Below are positions 43,558 through 52,400 of a stretch of DNA of 64,000 nt, one piece after another. The position numbers and the translations under genes are program-made. Origin of the DNA: an uncultured delta proteobacterium (GTDB taxonomy: Bacteria > Desulfobacterota > Desulfuromonadia > Geobacterales > Pseudopelobacteraceae); NCBI GenBank assembly GCA_963772835.1, contig CAVYYZ010000012.1:160001-224000 (forward strand), written 5' to 3'. Position 1 is the stretch's first letter; every line of letters starts with the position of its first letter. The notes under the pieces are model-generated. The model saw only the letters and a program-made list of their open reading frames with translations, did not search any database and was not told the DNA's origin.

Positions 43558-44456
43558 TCCGCATGGATGCTCTCACTCTCCTGGAACAGGAATCAATCCG
43601 CATCATCCGCGAGGCGGTTGCCGAGGCAGAGCACCCGGCCATGCTCTACTCCATCGGCAAGGATTCGTCAGTCATGCTCCATCTCGCCCTGAAGGCATTC
43701 TTCCCGTTGAAGCCCCCCTTTCCACTCGTGCATGTTGATACCACCTGGAAGTTCCGTGAAATGATCCTCTTCCGTGACCAGACCGTCCGAAGAGTCGGGA
43801 TGGAGCTCATCACCCACACTAACCCCGAAGGACTTCGGCAGGGAGTAACCCCGTTCACCCATGGAAGCCGCGTCTATACCGACATTATGAAGACTGAGGC
43901 CCTCAAGCAGTCCCTTGACACCCACCGCTTCGACATGCTGTTCGGTGGTGCCCGCCGTGACGAGGAGAAGAGCCGCGCCAAGGAGCGAATTTTCTCTTTC
44001 CGGGATGTCGGCCACCGCTGGGACCCGCGGGGGCAGCGCCCCGAACCGTGGGAAATCCCGAATCTTCGCAGAAACCGTGGCGAGAGTTTCCGCGTCTTCC
44101 CGCTCTCCAACTGGACGGAACTGGACGTATGGCGCTATATCGAACGGGAGTCAATCCCGGTGGTGCCGCTCTATTTTGCCGCCCTCCGCCCGGTGGTGGA
44201 GCGCGACGGCCAGCTGTTGATGGCTGATGACGCCCGGATGGTTCTGTATCCGGGCGAGGAGATCCGCAATCGCACCGTGCGCTTCCGCACACTGGGATGC
44301 TACCCTCTGACCGCAGCGATGGAGTCCGGCGCAGCAACGATCGGCGAAATCGTTCGTGAGCTTGAAGCTGCGCGCACCTCTGAACGCTGCGGCAGGCTCA
44401 TCGATTTCGACCAGGCGGGGAGCATGGAGAAAAAGAAACAGGAGGGGTATTTCTGA
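43554..44456 (+). CDS. cysD: Sulfate adenylyltransferase subunit 2
   Basis: [46 protein letters not shown]; start overlaps tauE stop. Confidence 0.96.
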   Translation: MIRMDALTLLEQESIRIIREAVAEAEHPAMLYSIGKDSSVMLHLALKAFFPLKPPFPLVHVDTTWKFREMILFRDQTVRRVGMELITHTNPEGLRQGVTPFTHGSRVYTDIMKTEALKQSLDTHRFDMLFGGARRDEEKSRAKERIFSFRDVGHRWDPRGQRPEPWEIPNLRRNRGESFRVFPLSNWTELDVWRYIERESIPVVPLYFAALRPVVERDGQLLMADDARMVLYPGEEIRNRTVRFRTLGCYPLTAAMESGAATIGEIVRELEAARTSERCGRLIDFDQAGSMEKKKQEGYF

Positions 44457-46402
44457 TGGTTCAGAAGGAGAACGGCATACTCCGGTTTCTGGCATGCGGC
44501 AGCGTCGACGATGGCAAGTCCACCCTGATCGGGCATCTGGTTCACCTCACCGGCAACCTGCCTGACGACCAGCTCCGCCTTCTGGAAGTCGAGAGTGCGC
44601 GCATCGGGACGGCTGACGGTTCCCTCGACTACTCCCTCCTGATGGACGGGCTCATGGCTGAGCGGGAGCAGGGAATCACCATAGACGTGGCCTACCGCTA
44701 CTTCGACACTCCGGATCGAAAGTTCATCGTCGCAGACACTCCGGGTCATGAACAGTACACCCGTAACATGGCCACCGGCGCATCACGCTGCAGCGCTGCC
44801 GTTATTCTCGTAGACGCAACTCTCGGAGTACTCCCCCAGACCCGCCGCCATACCCTCATCTGTGCCCTCATGGGGGTAGGAAACCTGCTCTTTGCGGTCA
44901 ATAAGATGGACCGGGCCGGATGGGCCGAGGCGCCATTCCGGCAGATCGAGCAGGAGTGTCACTGCATGGCCGAAGATGCGGCCCTCGTCGCCGCCGTACC
45001 GCTCTCTTTCCGGGCGCTGCCGGTTTCGGCGCTACGCGGCGATAACCTTTCATCCCCCTCCACCCGTATGCCCTGGCACGACAACAGTACCGTGCTCGGG
45101 TGGCTCCAGGGACTGCCGGATGAACGCACGTCCGAGGAGATTCCGTTCCGCATGCCGGTTCAGTACGTGCTCAAGGGGAAACCGGGTGGAGAAGGGTGGC
45201 GGGATGATGCCGGCGCTTTGACTATTCCCGGCGGACGTACCACCTGGCGTTCCTATGCCGGCACCGTCTCATCGGGCATTCTCCGCAAGGGCGACCGGGT
45301 CGTAGTGCTCCCTTCAGCCGTGGAAACCAGAGTGGAAATGCTGCTCCGGGGTGACCGGGAAGCGGAGGAGGCGACCGAAGGGATGGCGGTCTCGGTGGTG
45401 CTTGCCGGTGAGCAGGACATCTCGCGGGGTGACTGCATCGCACATCCTGACGATCGCCCGGAGCAGGCAGCCCTGTTCAGGGCCCGTCTCGTCTGGATGG
45501 GTACCGCGACGCTTTTCGCCGGGAGGCGTTACCTGTTCCGGAGCGTCTTCGGCACCACGGAGGCCGAGATCACCCGCATCCGCGGACGCATCGGTCTGGA
45601 AACATTCCAGCAGCTTTCGGCCGACTCCCTGGCACTCAACGACATCGGCGAAGTGGAGATCTCACTTTCCCGGCCACTCCCCTTCGACCCCTATCACCGG
45701 AACCGGGACACCGGCTCCTTCATCCTGATCGATCGTACGGAAAACAGCACCGTCGCCTGTGGCATGATTCGATACCCCATGAGGAGGGGAAGTAACATTC
45801 ACCGCCAGCGGGAGGACGTTTCCCGTGAACAGCGCGCAGCTCTGAAGGGGCAGCGACCCTGCGTTGTCTGGCTCACCGGTCTTTCCGGTTCGGGCAAGTC
45901 AACGGTGGCAAACGCACTTGAGGCCCGGCTTAACGGCATGGGGCACCATACCATGCTGCTTGACGGCGACAACGTCCGCCACGGACTTAATCACGACCTC
46001 GGCTTCACCGAGGCTGATCGCGTCGAGAACATCCGCCGCATCGGTGAAGTGGCAAAGCTTATGGTCGACGCAGGCCTGATCGTCATTACCGCCTTCATAT
46101 CACCGTTCCAGGCTGACCGCGACACGGTGAGGGCGCTTCTTCTTCCCGGCGAGTTTCTGGAGGTCCACCTCTCGACCCCCCTGGAGGTCTGCGAACAGCG
46201 GGACCCCAAAGGGCTGTATGCAAAGGCCCGCCTCGGCGAAATCCCCAATTTTACCGGCATCAACTCCCCCTATGAAGAACCGGAGGCTCCGGAACTGAGG
46301 CTGGACACAGCAAAGCTGTCTGCCGAGGCCTGCGCGGGAGCCGTACTGGCTCTACTGGAAACCGGGGGTCTGCTCCGCTCTCCCCCGAACGGCCGCACAT
46401 GA
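44456..46402 (+). CDS. cysNC: Bifunctional sulfate adenylyltransferase subunit 1 / APS kinase (NodQ/RaxQ-like)
   Basis: [18 protein letters not shown] GTPase motifs, then [29 protein letters not shown] kinase. Confidence 0.95.
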   Translation: MVQKENGILRFLACGSVDDGKSTLIGHLVHLTGNLPDDQLRLLEVESARIGTADGSLDYSLLMDGLMAEREQGITIDVAYRYFDTPDRKFIVADTPGHEQYTRNMATGASRCSAAVILVDATLGVLPQTRRHTLICALMGVGNLLFAVNKMDRAGWAEAPFRQIEQECHCMAEDAALVAAVPLSFRALPVSALRGDNLSSPSTRMPWHDNSTVLGWLQGLPDERTSEEIPFRMPVQYVLKGKPGGEGWRDDAGALTIPGGRTTWRSYAGTVSSGILRKGDRVVVLPSAVETRVEMLLRGDREAEEATEGMAVSVVLAGEQDISRGDCIAHPDDRPEQAALFRARLVWMGTATLFAGRRYLFRSVFGTTEAEITRIRGRIGLETFQQLSADSLALNDIGEVEISLSRPLPFDPYHRNRDTGSFILIDRTENSTVACGMIRYPMRRGSNIHRQREDVSREQRAALKGQRPCVVWLTGLSGSGKSTVANALEARLNGMGHHTMLLDGDNVRHGLNHDLGFTEADRVENIRRIGEVAKLMVDAGLIVITAFISPFQADRDTVRALLLPGEFLEVHLSTPLEVCEQRDPKGLYAKARLGEIPNFTGINSPYEEPEAPELRLDTAKLSAEACAGAVLALLETGGLLRSPPNGRT

Positions 46403-47418
46403 CCGTCCCTTGTACTGACGATCTGCTGCAGTTGGTGCTGAGATTGAACCACGAGCCCTACCGCTATTTCGACGACGGGGCCGTACTCAGCGCGCTCAGT
46501 GCCGATCCCGCCGGTTACGTGGAAGCGGTTTATATAGCGCTCCGTACTATCGCATCCGGTGAAGCCGGCCTCGATCTTCCGCCCAAGATGCTCCTTTCAG
46601 ACCCGGGTGAGCGTTCTGATTTCCGCGTGATGCCGTGTGTTGTGCGCTTTCCGGAACGTGTGAGAAAAACGGTCAAGATCATCGGGACGAACTGGCCCCG
46701 GAAGGTGGTACCGGGCGAAATAAGCGTCGGGAAGGCGTTTGCGCTTCATGCGCAGGAGAACTACATTGAAGCCGGTTTTGCCGGCTGTGTGCTGTCGTCA
46801 GCCCGGACGGGAGTCTGCGCAGCAGTGTCGCAGCGTCTCCTGGCGCCTGATGCCGTCTCCCTGGCCGTGATCGGAGCCGGCCGTGTCGGCTATTTTTCAG
46901 CCCTTTACATGGCCGCCCGGGGGAAACTCGAGCGGATACGGTTCCATGACATCGACGGTAATCGCGCCTCCCTTGCTGCAGAAGCAATCAACAGGGCCTT
47001 TCCGGAAGTAGCGACCGGTGTCTGTTCCTGCGCCGACGCAACCGGCGCGGATGTGCTGGTTATCGCCAGCGACAGCGAACATCCGCTTTTTTCGGCCACG
47101 GGTAAACGGCCACAACTTGTGATAAGCCTCGGGGCCGATACCGACTGGCAGAGCGAAGTGCACGACACGGTGCTTGATCACTATGAACTGTTCGTAGATA
47201 CCCTGGACTGTCTCAGGTATGGCGACCTGGCACGTTTTACCCGTGCGGGACTGCTTGAGGGAAAGAAAGTGACCGATCTGCTCTCACTTTTGGCAGATGA
47301 CATCTCCCCGCCGGTTGCCCCGCGCCTCTTCATCTCGACCGGTTCTGCCCTGTTCGACAACCTGACCATTGATTATCTGCTGACATCCGGCCTGCTCAAC
47401 CATCAACCTGAGAAATAA
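46399..47418 (+). CDS. Ornithine cyclodeaminase/mu-crystallin family protein
   Basis: VMP, VKIIG, SSARTG, Rossmann [20 protein letters not shown]. Confidence 0.8.
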   Translation: MTVPCTDDLLQLVLRLNHEPYRYFDDGAVLSALSADPAGYVEAVYIALRTIASGEAGLDLPPKMLLSDPGERSDFRVMPCVVRFPERVRKTVKIIGTNWPRKVVPGEISVGKAFALHAQENYIEAGFAGCVLSSARTGVCAAVSQRLLAPDAVSLAVIGAGRVGYFSALYMAARGKLERIRFHDIDGNRASLAAEAINRAFPEVATGVCSCADATGADVLVIASDSEHPLFSATGKRPQLVISLGADTDWQSEVHDTVLDHYELFVDTLDCLRYGDLARFTRAGLLEGKKVTDLLSLLADDISPPVAPRLFISTGSALFDNLTIDYLLTSGLLNHQPEK

Positions 47419-48796
47419 AATCCTCGAATTTGCCGTTCGGGCTGCGCGGGATGCTCTCTACCCGCCGGCACGTCAGCTGATACGAGTAGCCGAGAGAAGT
47501 CCGGAGAGCGGTGGTCAACAACCGCTCCTCATGGCTGTTCAACTCGCGCTCCATGGCATAGGTGACCATAATGCTGTCTTTTCCCGTCTGGACCAGCTGC
47601 AGCTGCCGGATTGGCGCCACATGCATCCAGACCTCACCCGGAAAACTCGGCCAGAACCGCGCTCCGTCAGGTGCGACCGCCATGCCCCTGACGCGCCCCA
47701 GGATGCGGTTCAGTACCGGCAGCCCGCGACCGCACGGGCAGGATCCTCCGACTTCGGCATAGTCACCGACCTCGTAGCGAATCAGCGGCAGCGCGAAGTT
47801 GTGCAGCGAGGTCACCACCACCCGCCCGATTTCACCCGGCTGACATCTTGTGCCGTCATCAGACAGCACTTCCAGCAGAACTGTTTCCGCGTTGACGTGA
47901 TAGCAGTCGCCCAGTGGGCACTGCAGCGCCAGATAGCCCGTTTCCGTGGCGCTGTAGATGTCGATTAGAGGTACCCCGAACGATTCCCGCACCAGCTCCC
48001 TCAATTCATCACTCACCGACTCACCGAATGTTCTGATCTCCCTGCCAACTGGTCTGGTGCCGCGCCGGGTGGCCAGAAGTGAGAGTTCACGAAGATTGGA
48101 GGGGAGGGTCATCAGGTAGTCGGGGCGCAGTTCGCAGAGCCGCTCAAACTGTTCTTCAACTGCACTGCTGCTGTGCATCAGCCACATCGGGCCGGACGAC
48201 ATCAGCATGTCGACCGGGGCCCCCCACCCCTGCCGGGAAACAATGCCATCACGGCCGCCTCGATCTGGACGGATCGCGAACAGGGATTTGCTGAAATCGC
48301 GGCGGTGCCAGAAATGATCGCGCAGCGTCGTGACCTGCCAGAAGAAGCGGGTCAGGTCCGTACCGAGCACCTGGACAGGTCTGCCGGTCGAGCCTGATGA
48401 TTCCATGGTGAACACCGCACCATGAGAAGGAGGAACGGTTCTGCTGGCAAGGGATGCGTGTTCGTTTTGGAGGTCGGAGCGGGTCAGCACGGGAATTGCG
48501 GACCATATCGATTGGACGGACGGGTCATCGTGCGGCAGGGAGGGATTATATCCTGCGGACTCCAGACGGGTGCGATACCCCGGCGAGGTATCCCATGCGT
48601 GCCTGAGCAGCAGGGCAAGTTGACCCTGCTGCCGTTCCTGCAACTGCCCGTCCGATAGCCACTGGCTCTGTTCCATCTGGTAAAGGACCGCCATGAGGCG
48701 TGCGGCGTAGAGGCCGGGTACAGAAGGAAAAGATGCGCCCGGCATCAAGTCCGGACGCATCTGTCTAAAGCTGTCTTCCTCTGTTCTGCTCACCAC
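47396..48796 (-). CDS. PaaK/CapK-like adenylate-forming ligase, copy 2
   Basis: SSGSTG, YSATETG, LIRYEVGD, CPCGRGLP; clear paralog of 39511-40863; starts about 20 nt after the FecR stop. Confidence 0.88.
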   Translation of the reverse strand: MVSRTEEDSFRQMRPDLMPGASFPSVPGLYAARLMAVLYQMEQSQWLSDGQLQERQQGQLALLLRHAWDTSPGYRTRLESAGYNPSLPHDDPSVQSIWSAIPVLTRSDLQNEHASLASRTVPPSHGAVFTMESSGSTGRPVQVLGTDLTRFFWQVTTLRDHFWHRRDFSKSLFAIRPDRGGRDGIVSRQGWGAPVDMLMSSGPMWLMHSSSAVEEQFERLCELRPDYLMTLPSNLRELSLLATRRGTRPVGREIRTFGESVSDELRELVRESFGVPLIDIYSATETGYLALQCPLGDCYHVNAETVLLEVLSDDGTRCQPGEIGRVVVTSLHNFALPLIRYEVGDYAEVGGSCPCGRGLPVLNRILGRVRGMAVAPDGARFWPSFPGEVWMHVAPIRQLQLVQTGKDSIMVTYAMERELNSHEERLLTTALRTSLGYSYQLTCRRVESIPRSPNGKFEDFISQVDG

Positions 48797-48816
48797 TCTG
48801 CCGGAGCGTGCAGCCC

Positions 48817-49491
48817 CTACCTCACACTGCAGGCGTCGATCCAGAACTGCGGCATATCGAGTTCAAGTGCCGGTTCGAACGGCAACAGAACCGGCATACT
48901 CCCGTCATCCTTCACATACCCGTACTGGCCGGCTCCGAAGATCATTGACCCCGCACTGTTGGAGACTTCTATCATCCCGTCGATGACAAAGAAGTAGACG
49001 CCGTTTTGAAGGCCGGGGCAGTTATCCTGGCATACTTTCAGATCGTACGAGGTGCCGCGCACCCCGATAGTAGCCGCCGGGGTTTTCATTTTGTAGGCAT
49101 TCGGATCTCCCCGTTTACTCACCTGACCTGTCACGGCCCGAAGGCTTCCCTTCACCAACCCGAACACGGCTTTGTCTCCGGCCGGCTTGTCCTTGTCGAA
49201 CTGATAGCCCTCCACCACGAAACTGCTTCCGGGACGGATGGTAATCTCGCCGCCATCGATGAACTTTACCCTGCCATAGGTGCGCTTTTCCGAAATCAGT
49301 GTATCTCCCTGCTCCACGGCGGAATTGACGGCCAGGGACCGTGAAGCTCCATCCGCTTTCCTGCCGAACAGCGGGCCGCTCAGGTTGGTCACGGTGCCCA
49401 CGCCTCCAACCGCCGCCTGACCGGGGAGCACCAGGGCGAACAGGAGAAAAATACTAATTGCAGTACGGAAAAGTACTGGATTCGGTGTCAT
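48817..49491 (-). CDS. Exported FecR-domain protein
   Basis: Signal peptide ..PGQA, FIDGGEITIRPGS, LVKGSLR, TPAATIGVRGT FecR motif; AAGGAG SD before ATG 49491. Confidence 0.88.
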   Translation of the reverse strand: MTPNPVLFRTAISIFLLFALVLPGQAAVGGVGTVTNLSGPLFGRKADGASRSLAVNSAVEQGDTLISEKRTYGRVKFIDGGEITIRPGSSFVVEGYQFDKDKPAGDKAVFGLVKGSLRAVTGQVSKRGDPNAYKMKTPAATIGVRGTSYDLKVCQDNCPGLQNGVYFFVIDGMIEVSNSAGSMIFGAGQYGYVKDDGSMPVLLPFEPALELDMPQFWIDACSVR

Positions 49492-52400
49492 GATTATCTC
49501 CTTCACCGCTATTTTCTGAATTACCTTCGTCACTCAGGTCGGTCGCTTCGTTGCCCATCGTGGCAATCCAATGATTATTAACCATTTTTACAACAGGAAG
49601 CAGGGCAGCTTCCTGCGTGGTGAGTACGGGATCTCGGGACGGGTTGAGATGACTTTGGATTATGACTTTACCGGTAATATCCGCGGCTGTCAGGAAGGCA
49701 TTCCCGACCAGATTGTCGCTGGACGGGAGCGATACACCATTGACAACGACATTCTCACCGGCCTTGAGTATGACATCGCCGTTTTGCGAACTCACACTGC
49801 TGTTTACGGTCAAGTTGTCACTGGCCGAACCTGCGGCACCGGCGAACAGGGTAACCGTGTCGAAACCGCTCACGTTGCTGTTAACCGTCAGAGGGCTGTG
49901 CGCCGCGACGGTGACGGTACTGCCGGTTGACTCCACGACACCATTCAGGGTCATCGCCCCCTGATTGTCGAGCAGCACCAGGCCTCCGTTTGATATGCCG
50001 GTTACCGTCAACACTCTGTTGTTATTCAGCTGAACAGCATTATTGGTATTGGTTGCGCCAAGCCGGCTGACCGTTGTCAAAAATGGCGAAGCGTCGCCGA
50101 TACCGTTCAGAGCGGTTAGCTGAGCACTGTCGGCAGTGATCGATGATGTGCCGGGCGTACCGCTGATGGCTCCGTTGGTTGCGGTCAACGCAACATCTGT
50201 TCTGGCTGAAATTCCGCCGCTTCCGACGGTGATGTCGCGGAGGTCAGAAGAGATGTGAACCGCCCCGCCACCCTCGGCAGCCGCATCAAACGGCGCCGTA
50301 TTGGCGGCGACAACCGTTACAGTGCCAGAGAAAAAATTAGCGTCGGTATAATCGATGTCACCGCTCCCGCTGTTGGAAAGAGTTATTGAATCGACAGCGC
50401 CTCTGAGCGAAAGACCGCCGAGTGCGGTCACCGAAGCCGACGATGACTGGAGACTCCCTTCGCCGCCAGCCCAGTTATCCAGAACACCAAAACCATGAAT
50501 ACCGTTGCCGGCCGAACCGGTACCGCCGTCGCCGCCATGACCGGTCAGGGCGATATTGCCGTTGAATGACCGGACGGCAAAATTATTTGAATATGATCCG
50601 CCGCTACTGAAATAGACGCCGGTGCCTCCATCGCCGCCCACACCGACGGTTGAGCCGCCGCCGCTGCCGCCATACCCCTTGATGGAGATATCAGCATCGG
50701 ATCGAAGCGCGGTGTTGTACCCGTAGATATGAACACCACTGCCTCCTGTTCCACCCCAACTGTACGTACCACCGCTGGCGCCGTTACCGGCAGCAGCATC
50801 TCCGCCATTTCCACCGAACCCCTTCAGGGATACTTCACCTGAATACGTCGAGATGCCGGAATAATTCAGATGAATGCCGTTTCCGCCGTGGCCGTCGTTG
50901 CCGTACGCGTCGTTCGCATTGCCCCCAAAGCCGCCATCGGTGCCATTTCCGCCTTTACCGGAACCACCGATGCCGCCATAGCCGGTCAGACTGATAGCGC
51001 CGTACCGCGACGTGATCAGACTGTTGTCCAGATATATGCCGCTTCCGCCGCTCCCTGCAAAACCGGAGCCCCCGTTTCCGGTGTTAAGGGCGTTTCCTCC
51101 GGTTCCAAAGCCGCCTGAACCACCGGTTGCGATCAAGCCGATGCTTCCCGAGTCGGTTGAAACAGATGTGTTTCCGATCAGATAGAGCCCGTCGTAGCCA
51201 TGGCCGCCATACCCGTTGCCGCCACCGGATCCTCCATTGCCGCCAAAACCGGCACCGCCGTCACTCCCTATGTGAATAACCCGTCCGTCACTGCCGAGTT
51301 TTGCTGTGCCGTCAGGGTTGGTGTCAATATTTGCCTGCACTGTTATGGCTCCGGAGCCTGAAGATATGATGGAACTGCTCGATACTTTAATTCCATAATC
51401 ACCTCCACCGCCTCTGCCGCTGCCGCCAAACCCGTTTGTACCGGCTTCACCTCCACGGCCATATCCGCCATTACCACCGACACCGCTAATAGCAATATTT
51501 CCGGAATCGGAGCTGATTACCTCATCATATAATCTGACACCCCTGTCGCCATCACCGCCAATACCCTTGCCAAAATCAACAAAATACTGGTTGCCGTAAT
51601 AGTCGTATTTCTGGATCTTGTTGCTTCCGGTAGCATTGCCCCCTTTACCGAATCCTCCGTTGCCACCGGTGCCGGTTATACTAATGTTCCCTGAGCCGGT
51701 CTGAATTGAACTGTATTCCAGATAGGCCCCTTTTCCGCCGGATCCACCGTACGCGTTGCCGCCGGAACCACCGTTGCCGCCCTTTGCGTTGCCTCCGCTT
51801 CCGCCTACACCGGTAAAAACAGCGTTGGCTGCCATTCCCGGGAAGCCGGCCGTGGCCGTAAGTGTAGATGCCATACCCGCCACTGCCGCCACTGGCGTTG
51901 CCGCCAAGGCCGGTACCATCACCATTACCGCCGAATGCATGCCCGCCGTTACCTCCGGTGCCGACCAGCCTGACCATTGTACCGGTTCCCGTTGACTGGA
52001 TGGTTGTTCCCGAACCGGTATAGATACCATCGGCTCCGCCTCCGCCGGATGCAGATCCGCCGCTGTTTCCGCTTCCGAACGCAGCACCGCTGCCTGTTGC
52101 GTCCCCGCCGAAGCCGCCTGTTCCGGTGATGGTCACATTGCCGAGAGCAGATATGCGCGAACTGAATTCGCCATTGTAGTAGTTGTTCAGTTCGAATCCG
52201 TGTCCCCCATGTCCACCACGGGCATACGGAGCAATAGTTCCGGAACTGAACCCGCCAAATCCATCGAAGCCGTCGCCCCCCTTACCGCCGGTCGCAGAAA
52301 TATCAATGGTGCCGGTAGATGTAATATCGGCATAGTTGATGACTACACCATTGCCTCCTCTACCGCCATATCCTTCACTCGCGTAGCTACCGGACTGTGC

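Noticed and set aside
39511..48796. Phenylacetate catabolism or capsule biosynthesis locus
   Set aside because: No paa ring-oxidation genes, glycosyltransferases, sugar-nucleotide enzymes or polysaccharide exporters in the block
49454..50400. Contact-dependent inhibition toxin with immunity gene
   Set aside because: No VENN/pre-toxin motif or toxin-like domain; the downstream gene is an exported FecR-domain protein
51820..51880. Programmed ribosomal frameshift or phase-variable tract in tpsA
   Set aside because: No convincing slippery heptamer, shifty stop, long homopolymer or tandem repeat at the junction; CTTCCCGGG alone is too weak
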